The translations under genes and the position numbers were made by a program. Positions 11,266 to 20,299 of a DNA stretch of 64,000 nt are shown in pieces. The notes beneath the pieces are model-generated. The model was not told the DNA's origin, did not search any database, and worked only from the letters and a program-made list of their open reading frames with translations. The stretch's first letter is position 1. The number at the start of each line of letters is the position of its first letter. This stretch comes from an uncultured Flavobacteriaceae bacterium (GTDB lineage Bacteria > Bacteroidota > Bacteroidia > Flavobacteriales > Flavobacteriaceae): assembly GCA_964453045.1 (NCBI GenBank), contig CAYVNR010000006.1, forward strand, positions 83,747-147,746. The letters run 5' to 3'.

Positions 11266-12105
11266 TTAAAACTTTGTATCCAGACCAATGGCTTTCCAAG
11301 TTTCAAGCTCATTTAATAGATCTTCTGCATGACCTTTAACAGCCTCGATAGAGTCTTCCCCCAATTGTAAACGTAAAGGTGTATGCTCTGCATTTATAGC
11401 TATATCAATAGCTTCTGCAGCTTTAGCAGGATTACCTTCTTGAGAACCATCCATGCCTTTGGCAAAATCTCTTGTGCCACCAACAATAGCATCATAAGCT
11501 TCGATTTTTGGCATATGTTTTAACGCTGTTCCTGCAAATTCAGTTCGGAAAGCACCCGGCTCCACAATCATGGTTTTAATTCCAAAAGGTGCAATTTCTT
11601 GCGCTAGTGCTTCTGATGCACCTTCTAATGCAAACTTACTCGCCGAATACGCGCTAAAGCCCCCAAAGCTCATATTTCCTCCCATACTGCTCATGTTTAC
11701 AATTGCACCTTTACCTTTTTTGCGCATGTGTGGCAAAGCTTCTTGTGTAACATTTATGGCACCGAAAAAATTGGTCTCCATTTGGTTACGGAATTCCTTT
11801 TGTGGTGTCTCTTCCAATGCCCCTACGATACCGTAACCAGCATTGTTAATCAGTGTATCTATATGACCTAATTCTGAAATGGTTTTTTCTATGGCCAACT
11901 TTACTTCGTCTCGATTGGTGACATCCATTTTTATAGGCAGAATCTGTTCTGGAAATTCATTTGCCAGTGCTTTCAATTTTGCCTGACGCCTCGCCGTGGC
12001 CACAACATAATAACCTTTGCTTACAGCATATTCAGTCAATGCTTTTCCAAATCCCGAGGATGCGCCTGTAATAAACCATACCGTTTTGTTGTTTTGTGTT
12101 TTCAT
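11266..12105 (-). CDS. Short-chain dehydrogenase/reductase
   Basis: TGASSGFG, NNAG and YSASK motifs. Confidence 0.93.
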   Translation of the reverse strand: MKTQNNKTVWFITGASSGFGKALTEYAVSKGYYVVATARRQAKLKALANEFPEQILPIKMDVTNRDEVKLAIEKTISELGHIDTLINNAGYGIVGALEETPQKEFRNQMETNFFGAINVTQEALPHMRKKGKGAIVNMSSMGGNMSFGGFSAYSASKFALEGASEALAQEIAPFGIKTMIVEPGAFRTEFAGTALKHMPKIEAYDAIVGGTRDFAKGMDGSQEGNPAKAAEAIDIAINAEHTPLRLQLGEDSIEAVKGHAEDLLNELETWKAIGLDTKF

Positions 12106-12168
12106 CTTTTTAGTATTTATTGAGATTACGCCTTTAGGCAGATATTCTAGTTAATCTTAAATTTTATT

Positions 12169-13143
12169 TTATTTTAAATGCTTTTTGAAGAAATTAATCG
12201 CTTCTGCACTGGCTTCAGCAACTTTGTCTTCTTGATCGTAAAAATCAAAATGATTGCCTTCTAACCAAACCAATTCTTTTTCACCTTGCAATTGTTGATA
12301 TACTTTTTTTGCATTATCTGGTAGTGCACTGTTATCTGAATGTATAATCATGGTAGGTGTAGTAATGCTTTCTGCCTTTGCAATCGGATCGAAACTTAAC
12401 CAAGGCTCCCAACTCATTAATGAAAATTCATTTTTCCATTCGGCTATTCCACCACCACGCTTATTATCCATGTAATATTCCATTGGCCCAAAATGTGATG
12501 CTGTTTTATCTGTATTGCTGTAGGCTAAAACAACAGTGTTCTCACCCGTTTCTGCATAATGCTTTTTTGCCTCTTGCCCACTTTTTATTAAGTGGTCTAT
12601 ATTTTCTTGACTTCCATATAACAATGGTAATGTCTCTTCATCCGGAAACCAACCTGCAACAGTTGCTGTAGCTTTGAGACGCTTGTCTTCTGATGCCAAA
12701 TTCATCATATTTCCTGCTGAAGCGCATATCCCAAATCCGCCAACGTTGCTTACGTAAGGTAGAGTCAATAAATAGCTTACAGCACTTTTCAAATCTCTGA
12801 GTTTGTTTTCTGGATCTTCATATTGTCTGGGTTGACCTTCACTTTCTCCAAAATGGCTGTAATCAAAAGCTAAAGCGATAATATTGTTTTCTGCTAATTT
12901 TTTTGCATAACCACTGGCCATTTGCTCTTTTACTGAAGTTAACGACCCGCCAACGATAACCGCTGGATAAGTTTGTGACTCCTCCAAGTTTTTGGGTAAG
13001 TACAAGTTGCCTGCAAGGTTTAACCCTCCTGAATTAAATGTTATGGTTTTCATAGTTGCTGTTTTTAAGTTAATATTCTGCGATTGCATTACTATAAATG
13101 CGAAAAGTAATGCGATACTCATTAGTGTTTTTAAAGTTTTCAT
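12169..13143 (-). CDS. Alpha/beta hydrolase
   Basis: GICASA nucleophile-elbow region and FDYSHFGESEG; probable start MKTLK at 13143. Confidence 0.85.
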   Translation of the reverse strand: MKTLKTLMSIALLFAFIVMQSQNINLKTATMKTITFNSGGLNLAGNLYLPKNLEESQTYPAVIVGGSLTSVKEQMASGYAKKLAENNIIALAFDYSHFGESEGQPRQYEDPENKLRDLKSAVSYLLTLPYVSNVGGFGICASAGNMMNLASEDKRLKATATVAGWFPDEETLPLLYGSQENIDHLIKSGQEAKKHYAETGENTVVLAYSNTDKTASHFGPMEYYMDNKRGGGIAEWKNEFSLMSWEPWLSFDPIAKAESITTPTMIIHSDNSALPDNAKKVYQQLQGEKELVWLEGNHFDFYDQEDKVAEASAEAINFFKKHLK

Positions 13144-13196
13144 ACCTATTTTGTTTTTGTCTGATACAAAAGTATACACACATTAAGGCCGCCGAA

Positions 13197-13232
13197 CTAC
13201 AGAATTCAAAGCAAGGCCTACAGAATTCAAAG
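13197..13232. promoter_or_regulatory. Tandem 15-bp direct repeat, probable AraC operator
   Basis: CTACAGAATTCAAAG at 13197-13211 and 13218-13232 (21-bp period), between an AraC gene and the hydrolase/SDR genes. Confidence 0.65.
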
Positions 13233-13290
13233 ACCGTTTAAAATTTTAGTTATAAAACATTTTGACTGCACTCAGTACAGCGTCAAAATT

Positions 13291-14199
13291 TTAACGATTT
13301 CTAAACTGGTTAGGTGTTAATTCTGTTTGCTTTTTGAAAAAATTAGTGAAGTGATTTGGGTAGTTGTAATGTAACTGGAAAGCGATTTCTTTTACTGAAG
13401 CTGACGTATTTTTTAGTTTTGATTTTGCCAAAAAAAGCATATGCTTATAGATTAACTCTGAAGCAGAATAATCCGTGATACGTTTTACAACGGCATTTAA
13501 ATGGTTAGGATGAATGGCCAGTTTACTGGCATAATACTGAACTTTATGGGGTTCGGCATTATCAAAAAACGTATCTGGATAAAAACTGATCTCTATTAAA
13601 TTTTTAAAGCGACTTACTAAGGCAACGTCATTGTCGCGTTGTTGAAAAGTCTGTTCGGTCTTGGTAATGTTCTGCTGAAATAAACGCGCTACTTTGTGCA
13701 GTAAAATCTGTGTATGGTGGTAAACCACTTGTTGGGCATCCGAATGATTTGCCCTGTGTTCTGTAATAATAGATTCAAACGTCTTTACAAAGGTTTCCAC
13801 ATCCTGTTTATCCAATTCCAATGGAATTGTATTATCAATAAGTAGAAATGGAAAATCTATACTAATCTTTTTGTTTTTATTTTCACTACGGTAAAACTCT
13901 TCAGAAAAAATGATGTAAAACCCCTCCCAATCTGGTGCAATATCCCACTGTAAAATTTGATATGGCGAATTAAAAAATACGGTTGCCTTTAAGTTTTGGG
14001 TAGAAAAATTACCTGTTTTTGCATAACCACTGCCATCAAGTTTTAATGCAATGGCATAGAACTCGTGCTTAAAAGTTGGCATGTTGTGCCTAACCGTTTT
14101 CATATTATCTTGAAACGAACGTACATCAAAATGTTGCCATTTAGGTTCGGATATTCCAATACCCAGACAATAGTCTTTTAATGTAGTAAAGTGTTGCAT
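13291..14199 (-). CDS. AraC-family transcriptional regulator
   Basis: C-terminal HTH: YYASKLAIHPNHL...VKEIAFQLHYNYPNHFTNFFKK. Confidence 0.92.
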   Translation of the reverse strand: MQHFTTLKDYCLGIGISEPKWQHFDVRSFQDNMKTVRHNMPTFKHEFYAIALKLDGSGYAKTGNFSTQNLKATVFFNSPYQILQWDIAPDWEGFYIIFSEEFYRSENKNKKISIDFPFLLIDNTIPLELDKQDVETFVKTFESIITEHRANHSDAQQVVYHHTQILLHKVARLFQQNITKTEQTFQQRDNDVALVSRFKNLIEISFYPDTFFDNAEPHKVQYYASKLAIHPNHLNAVVKRITDYSASELIYKHMLFLAKSKLKNTSASVKEIAFQLHYNYPNHFTNFFKKQTELTPNQFRNR

Positions 14200-14216
14200 C
14201 CCTTTTAAATAGAGGA

Positions 14217-16796
14217 TTATGCCGAATTGCGACTTGCGTTAATATTACCAAACATAGCACGTGTTACCATTTTTGAAAATATTTCGAGCTGTGCTTCATC
14301 TTTAATTTCTGCTTTTTCAAGCTCTTGTATTTTTCTCAATGCATATTGCTGAATTGTCAACAATGGCAATACAATAGATTCTCTTACCTCTATAGATGCT
14401 TTTCCTACAGGTTCGTTCTCCATTAAGGTCTCAAAACCAGCGAGTTTTAAAATGAGGCGTTTGGAAGTTTTGTACTCTTCAAAAATAAGGTTCCAAAAAT
14501 CCCCGTACTCTTCATCCTCGGACATGTACTTTGTAAGGTCAAAGAACGACTTGGTTAAGGACATCATACTGTTACTGATCAGTGCATTAAAAAACTTTGA
14601 TTCATTATACAGCTTTTGAACCTTTTCAAACTCACCGTTATCTTCGTAAACTTTAAGTGCTGTACCTACACCAAAAAAACCAGGTACGTTTTGTTTCAGC
14701 TGCGTCCAACTGCCCACAAAAGGAATTGCTCTTAAATCTGAAAACACCAACTCTGTAGATTTTCCTCTTTTGGATGGACGACTACCAATATTAGTTTTTG
14801 CATAATACTTAAGCGTACTCATATTTTGAAGATAGCTCAGAAACTTAGGATGCTTTTTAAAATCTACATAAGCTTGATAACTCAAATCTGCCAAATGATT
14901 CATAACCACCTTGTTTTCAGCAGACATTTCTTTGTTCTTGTCATTTAAGCGGTTAGAAATCCCAGAACTTATAAGTTGTTCCATATTATATTGTGAAGAA
15001 TCCAACGTTCCAAAATTAGAGCTTATCGTTTGTCCTTGAATGGTCAGTTGAATTTCTTTGTCTTCAATAGTTGGACCCAAAGAGGAATAAAACTGATGGG
15101 TTTTTCCTCCTCCTCGTGCTGGTGGCCCACCACGTCCATCAAAAAATATGACGTCAATATCATATTGTCTTGATAATGTTGTTAAAGCCTCTTTTGCTTT
15201 AAAAATCGCCCAATTAGCCATAAGGTAACCGCCATCTTTTGTACCGTCACTGAAGCCTAACATAATGGTTTGTCTATTACCTCGTGCTTTAAGATGGTCT
15301 CTATAATTTGGGTTGGTGTATAAGTCCTCCATCACTTGAGGTGCATTCTCCAAGTCTGGAACTGTTTCAAACAAAGGCACAACATCGGCTGTAAGACTAT
15401 CATGAAATGCTACAACCTTAAGCATAGCAAACAACTGTAGTACGTTTAATGTCGTTTGGTTATTGCTTATAATGTAGCGGTTACAAGCAATTTCACCATT
15501 TTCGTCTTGTATGGATTTCATCACCTTTATGGTGTTTACAATATCTTTAGCCAATTCATCTTTAAGTTCAATATCACCTATCGGCCCTTTAACTTCGGAT
15601 AAATGCTGAAGTTGTGCCTCTAAGCTTAAATCAAAGAAATTTTTTGGAAATAGGTCGCTACCATTTACGATCAGTTCCCCTATCAAAGCTCTAAACATAG
15701 CATCGTGTACACGACTGTCTTGTCTTATATCTAAACTCGCAAAATGATAGCCAAATAAAGTCGTTTTATTAATTAAGCTCGTTACCTTATCCACGTAAAG
15801 CGATTGGTGCTGTGAAACAAGAAGCGTCCTAATAGTTTTTAATTCTTGAATAAATTCTTCTAATGGTAATTGGTTGTCCGCTTTTAATAAAATGTTATGC
15901 AATCTATGGTTTACATCTATAATGCGTTCTCTAATCCCTTTAAAGGTTAAGCGTCTACGAAGATACTTAACATCTTTAATGTACTTTTTTACAATAGATT
16001 CCTTGAGCTTTTTTGCTACACTACTTGTAATTTCTGGTGTTACAAAAGGATTACCATCACGGTCACCACCAGGCCAAAATCCTATATTGAGTATTGGGTT
16101 TTCTATTTCGCGATCGTCAAAAATATTTTGCTGTGCGTAGTCGTAAATATTTCCAAACGAATGATAGAACACATTCTTTAGATACCACACCAAGTTTATT
16201 GCTTCGTCATAAGGTGTAGGCTTTCTGTCCTTAAAAAATGGTGTCTTCCCCAACTGGGCAAGTAAGCTGTTGATCTCCTGTAGATTATCGACTTTTACCG
16301 CTTTAGCTAAATCTGTAATTATACCAAGTACAGCACCAGGATAAAACTGTGTTGGGTGTGCAGTGAGTACAATTCTAACTTTAAAATGCTCGAGATATTC
16401 TTGAAGCAACTCCTTTTTGTTCTCCGCCTGGGCATTCTCCTTTAAGCTTCTTAAAGAGCCTATTCCGTCCATATTGTTGACCGTAGAAAAGGAAGCATCT
16501 TCAACAGCATCGAATAAAACTACTTGGCGTTCTATATACTGAATAAAACGAAATAACAAGTTAACTTGACTTTGGGGCGAGCGCCTTGCTTGGTATTTTT
16601 TAAAGAATGTATCTACAATTTCAGTAGGATTATCACCCGCTTGGAACCCATGTTTACAGGTTTCAAAAAATAGTGGCAACAGTGCTACGGTCTTGGATAT
16701 AGTATCGAAAGGTAGGTTCATAAAAATCCCATTATAGATTTGGTATTTTTGAAGAACTTCAGTGTTGAATCGTTTTAATTTAGGCTTTACAGACAT
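14217..16796 (-). CDS. ppc: Phosphoenolpyruvate carboxylase
   Basis: VLTAHPT, WPGGDRDGNP, MLGFSDGTKDGG, GRGGPPARGG and LRAIPF motifs. Confidence 0.96.
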   Translation of the reverse strand: MSVKPKLKRFNTEVLQKYQIYNGIFMNLPFDTISKTVALLPLFFETCKHGFQAGDNPTEIVDTFFKKYQARRSPQSQVNLLFRFIQYIERQVVLFDAVEDASFSTVNNMDGIGSLRSLKENAQAENKKELLQEYLEHFKVRIVLTAHPTQFYPGAVLGIITDLAKAVKVDNLQEINSLLAQLGKTPFFKDRKPTPYDEAINLVWYLKNVFYHSFGNIYDYAQQNIFDDREIENPILNIGFWPGGDRDGNPFVTPEITSSVAKKLKESIVKKYIKDVKYLRRRLTFKGIRERIIDVNHRLHNILLKADNQLPLEEFIQELKTIRTLLVSQHQSLYVDKVTSLINKTTLFGYHFASLDIRQDSRVHDAMFRALIGELIVNGSDLFPKNFFDLSLEAQLQHLSEVKGPIGDIELKDELAKDIVNTIKVMKSIQDENGEIACNRYIISNNQTTLNVLQLFAMLKVVAFHDSLTADVVPLFETVPDLENAPQVMEDLYTNPNYRDHLKARGNRQTIMLGFSDGTKDGGYLMANWAIFKAKEALTTLSRQYDIDVIFFDGRGGPPARGGGKTHQFYSSLGPTIEDKEIQLTIQGQTISSNFGTLDSSQYNMEQLISSGISNRLNDKNKEMSAENKVVMNHLADLSYQAYVDFKKHPKFLSYLQNMSTLKYYAKTNIGSRPSKRGKSTELVFSDLRAIPFVGSWTQLKQNVPGFFGVGTALKVYEDNGEFEKVQKLYNESKFFNALISNSMMSLTKSFFDLTKYMSEDEEYGDFWNLIFEEYKTSKRLILKLAGFETLMENEPVGKASIEVRESIVLPLLTIQQYALRKIQELEKAEIKDEAQLEIFSKMVTRAMFGNINASRNSA

Positions 16797-16933
16797 TTCA
16801 TAAAATTTAAACTTAAAAATACTAAAGCTAACTTAGATTAAATATGAATTAATGGTTAAATTTTAATACCATGTTAAAGCGTCCTAAAAATGAAATAATT
16901 ACTTATTATCTTTGATAAAAATTTAGACATATT

Positions 16934-17452
16934 ATGTTATCAAAAACAATTGAAGCAGCATTAAACAAACAAATACGAATAGAAGCTGAATCTTCTCAGG
17001 TCTATTTAGCAATGGCCGTTTGGGCAGAAGTAAAAGGCCTAGAAGGTATTTCTAACTTTATGTACGACCAATCTGATGAGGAGCGCGAACATATGTTAAA
17101 GTTGGTAAAGTTTGTAAACGAACGTGGCGGACATGCACATATATCAGAACTTAATGCACCAAACGTAACCTTTAATTCTTTCAAGGAAATGTTTGAAAAA
17201 CTTTTAGAGCACGAAATTTTTGTGTCCGAAAGCATTAATGAATTGGTACACATTTCGCTACAGGAAAAAGATTATGCGTCGCACAATTTCTTACAATGGT
17301 ATGTTGCTGAGCAAATCGAAGAAGAAGCTGTTGCAAGAACCATCTTAGACAAGGTAAATATGATTGGTGATGATAAAGGCGGATTGTATTTATTTGATCG
17401 CGACATACAACAACTCACGGTTAGTTCTGCTGCAGATACACCAGCCGAATAA
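16934..17452 (+). CDS. ftnA: Non-heme ferritin
   Basis: Ferroxidase residues EAESSQVY, EEREH and QWYVAEQIEEE. Confidence 0.93.
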   Translation: MLSKTIEAALNKQIRIEAESSQVYLAMAVWAEVKGLEGISNFMYDQSDEEREHMLKLVKFVNERGGHAHISELNAPNVTFNSFKEMFEKLLEHEIFVSESINELVHISLQEKDYASHNFLQWYVAEQIEEEAVARTILDKVNMIGDDKGGLYLFDRDIQQLTVSSAADTPAE

Positions 17453-17476
17453 AAGATTCATAAAAGTTAAATAACT

Positions 17477-17514
17477 AAAAACCGGTATTTTCAAAATTGA
17501 TTTACCGGTTTTTT
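17477..17514 (+). terminator. Intrinsic terminator after ferritin
   Basis: AAAAACCGGTA-15 nt-TACCGGTTTTTT. Confidence 0.7.
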
Positions 17515-17596
17515 CATTTTTCTGAACTTATCTAAATGTTAAATTTTATTTAGAACAAATAAAAATAATTATTTTTGCACGACAGTTTAATAAACT

Positions 17597-17773
17597 ATGG
17601 GCAAAAAAAAGAAAGACAAGAAGCTAAAGAAAGAACGTATAAAAGTTCTTAAAACTTCTGGTGAGGACGCTTTAGGTAAAGTTAAGTCTAAGTGCTGTAA
17701 GAAGTATAAAAAGGCTGAACATAAACGCTGCAAGAAATGCCCATGTTTTGATCTTCTAAAAAAGGTGGCTTAA
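17597..17773 (+). CDS. Small basic Cys-rich protein (58 aa, absent from ORF track)
   Basis: MGKKKKDKKLKKERIKVLKTSGEDALGKVKSKCCKKYKKAEHKRCKKCPCFDLLKKVA*; fills the gap between ferritin and the AraC gene. Confidence 0.6.
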   Translation: MGKKKKDKKLKKERIKVLKTSGEDALGKVKSKCCKKYKKAEHKRCKKCPCFDLLKKVA

Positions 17774-17824
17774 TATTTTCTGGTTATTTGTAATGTTTGC
17801 CTTAGTAACTAGACTTAGTTGAAC

Positions 17825-18667
17825 ATGACACGTACTTTCAAGGAATTTTCTACTGATGCCCTTTTTAAAATTGGTTACGATACGGATTTAAAATCTTTTT
17901 TAAAACCACAGCAGGTCGAGTTTTATACATTTATCTGGTCGAGTTCTGAACCCATAGAACTTATAATTGACAGTGTTCCTTTAACGCTACAGCCCAATAG
18001 TATTTTGGCTTTAACTCCAATTCAATATTTACAATATATAAAGGGTGAAGATGTAATCGTTTATCAATTTAACAGAGAGTTTTATTGTATTAAAGACCAT
18101 GACCAGGAAGTCAGTTGTGTTGGTATTTTATTCTTTGGAAATACTAATATTCCGGTAATACATCTCGATGCTAAAGAACAACAAAAGTTTAAAACATTAC
18201 ATGAAGTATTTATAGATGAACTAGAAACCGAAGATAACATACAAGCCGAAATGCTCCGTATGTTAATGGCTAGGTTTATCATTAAAAGCACACGGCTTTT
18301 AAAAGCCAAAGAAGGTGTTGCTGAAACACCAAAAAGCTCTAAAGTCGATTTATTGAGGTCTTTCAATTTTTTGGTAGAGCAACATTTTAAAAAAGAACAT
18401 AGCGTTTCCTTTTACGCAGATCAATTGTTTAAATCACCTAAAACCCTATCCAATAATTTTGCAAAGCTTAACAGAAGCCCGCTACAAATCATCCATCAGC
18501 GTATTGTACTAGAAGCTAAGCGACTTTTAACCTATACAGACAAAACTGCTAAGGAGATTGCATACGAAATCGGTTTTGATGATGCTTCTCACCTCAGCCG
18601 ATTATTCAAAAAATATACGTCGCAGTCACCTTCTGAGTTTAAAAAAGGAATAAAATCTCTCGGTTAG
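17825..18667 (+). CDS. AraC-family transcriptional regulator
   Basis: C-terminal HTH: FYADQLFKSPKTL...KEIAYEIGFDDASHLSRLFKK. Confidence 0.92.
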   Translation: MTRTFKEFSTDALFKIGYDTDLKSFLKPQQVEFYTFIWSSSEPIELIIDSVPLTLQPNSILALTPIQYLQYIKGEDVIVYQFNREFYCIKDHDQEVSCVGILFFGNTNIPVIHLDAKEQQKFKTLHEVFIDELETEDNIQAEMLRMLMARFIIKSTRLLKAKEGVAETPKSSKVDLLRSFNFLVEQHFKKEHSVSFYADQLFKSPKTLSNNFAKLNRSPLQIIHQRIVLEAKRLLTYTDKTAKEIAYEIGFDDASHLSRLFKKYTSQSPSEFKKGIKSLG

Positions 18668-18934
18668 GAAAAATTGACAAGCCTTAGGGTAATTTCTTCA
18701 TTTTACGGCATCTACTTCCACTCCATCTTTGCACTGTAATACTAAAATAGTTAAAGATGACATTAAAAAACAAATCGATATTCAATCTTATTGAAATATT
18801 CAGAAGTAGTCCAAAACGTATCATAAATACGGTTATTCCAAAAACGCATTGTGAGCATAAGCATATTCACGATTATTATTGCGATGCTGAAAAACCTCAT
18901 ATCGGTTAAAAGGAAAAAATGACAAGCCTTAGGG
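18667..18934 (+). promoter_or_regulatory. Duplicated 23-bp operator-like motif
   Basis: GGAAAAATTGACAAGCCTTAGGG (18667-18689) and GGAAAAAATGACAAGCCTTAGGG (18912-18934), 22/23 identical; each is followed by a nnnnTTTG resembling the Bacteroidota -7 element. Confidence 0.65.
18757..18909 (+). CDS. Small His/Cys-rich peptide (50 aa, absent from ORF track)
   Basis: MTLKNKSIFNLIEIFRSSPKRIINTVIPKTHCEHKHIHDYYCDAEKPHIG*, lying between the two operator copies. Confidence 0.5.
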   Translation: MTLKNKSIFNLIEIFRSSPKRIINTVIPKTHCEHKHIHDYYCDAEKPHIG

Positions 18935-19067
18935 AATTATAATCATTTTATAGAACCCTGATCGGTCGCAACTTTGTACCAACAAAATTCATGCTGAATC
19001 CATTTCAGTAATTCAAATAAATAATAACAAAACTCTGAAATCAAATTCAGAATAAAAACTAAAAATT

Positions 19068-19616
19068 ATGAACACATTTAATGTACCAACAAGAGAAGAC
19101 GTAAGTGAAAACAATCAAGCTATTTTTGATAACCTAAACAAAGGTTTGGGTTTTGTGCCAAACTTATACGCAACATATGCGCATAGTGATACTGCATTAG
19201 AAAACTACTTAAACTTTGCCAATGCCAAGACATCATTATCTGCCAAGGAAAAAGAGGTGGTGAACTTAGCCGTGAGTCAAGTAAACGATTGTATCTATTG
19301 TTTGTCAGCACATACTGCAATAGGAAAAATGAATGGCTTTACAGATGAACAGATCTTAGAATTAAGAGCTGGATATTCTTCAGTAAATACCAAACTGGAT
19401 GCTTTGGCGAAACTGGCCAAAAACATTACTGAAAATAGAGGAAGAACGGACAAAGCCGTTTTAGAAAACTTCTTCAATGCAGGCTATACCAAAGGCAACT
19501 TAATTGATACTATTTCTTTAGTAGGAGACAAAACCATATCTAACTATATACATAGCACAACACAAGTTCCTGTTGATTTCCCAATAGCACAACCCTTAGA
19601 ATTAGAAACTGTGTAA
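19068..19616 (+). CDS. Carboxymuconolactone decarboxylase/AhpD-like protein
   Basis: EVVNLAVSQVNDCIYCLSAH (CxxC...H) motif. Confidence 0.88.
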   Translation: MNTFNVPTREDVSENNQAIFDNLNKGLGFVPNLYATYAHSDTALENYLNFANAKTSLSAKEKEVVNLAVSQVNDCIYCLSAHTAIGKMNGFTDEQILELRAGYSSVNTKLDALAKLAKNITENRGRTDKAVLENFFNAGYTKGNLIDTISLVGDKTISNYIHSTTQVPVDFPIAQPLELETV

Positions 19617-19648
19617 ACAATAATTAACAAACCATAAATTTTAAAATC

Positions 19649-20041
19649 ATGAAAAGAATCATTTCAATATTGGTAATCGCATTATCCTTTACGCTAACCG
19701 GTAATGCCCAAGATAGCATGAAAAAGGATGCTATGATGAAAGATACAAAAACAACCGTTGTTTCTCTAGAGCAGACTAAAGGTGAATTTACCCAGAAGGA
19801 AATCACTCTAAAAGAAGGCAATTACATCTTTGAGATCGCCAATAACAATGTAGGGCATCAGGTAGGATTTGTCCTGGCACCAAAATCTAACCCAGATGCA
19901 CATATTAAAACAGCCTATGTTACAAAAGCTGTGGACAATAACTCAAAGGAAAAATCTAATGTAACGACATTGGCCAAAGGCGAGTATGTGTACTTCTGCC
20001 CTATGAACCCAACACCTCAATATACCTTGATTGTTGAGTAG
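19649..20041 (+). CDS. Secreted cupredoxin-like protein
   Basis: Signal peptide and GEYVYFCPMNPTP cupredoxin-type motif. Confidence 0.75.
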   Translation: MKRIISILVIALSFTLTGNAQDSMKKDAMMKDTKTTVVSLEQTKGEFTQKEITLKEGNYIFEIANNNVGHQVGFVLAPKSNPDAHIKTAYVTKAVDNNSKEKSNVTTLAKGEYVYFCPMNPTPQYTLIVE

Positions 20042-20062
20042 ATTTAAATAAAATTCTATATA

Positions 20063-20100
20063 ATTGGCTCTAAAATACAGAATCGTATTTTAGAGCCAAT
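20063..20100. terminator. Bidirectional terminator-like hairpin
   Basis: Perfect 16-bp arms ATTGGCTCTAAAATAC / GTATTTTAGAGCCAAT with a 6-nt loop, between the convergent cupredoxin gene and ssb 3' end. Confidence 0.7.
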
Positions 20101-20116
20101 ATGTATTTATGTTGGG

Positions 20117-20299
20117 TTATTTGCCCAACATTAAAAGTTCGCTGCAAACCACTTCGGTTGTGTAACGCTTTATTCCATCCTTGTCTTCCCAAGTGCGTGT
20201 TGTAAGCTTGCCTTCTATCGCCACTTCTTTGCCTTTGCCTACAAATTTCTCTACAATTTGGGCCGTTTTTCCCCAAGCTACAATATTGTGCCATTGTGT
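20117..20299 (-). pseudogene. ssb: 3' half of single-stranded DNA-binding protein gene, interrupted by island insertion
   Basis: Minus strand reads TQWHNIVAWGKTAQIVEKFVGKGKEVAIEGKLTTRTWEDKDGIKRYTTEVVCSELLMLGK*, hallmark SSB OB-fold motifs. Upstream in this frame there is no ATG before a stop inside the recombinase gene. Confidence 0.9.

Noticed and set aside
2387-19821. Short ORFs nested in or antisense to core genes (e.g. 2387, 3161, 4973, 6267, 11570, 15874, 17002, 18082)
   Set aside because: Shadow ORFs overlapping well-supported genes.
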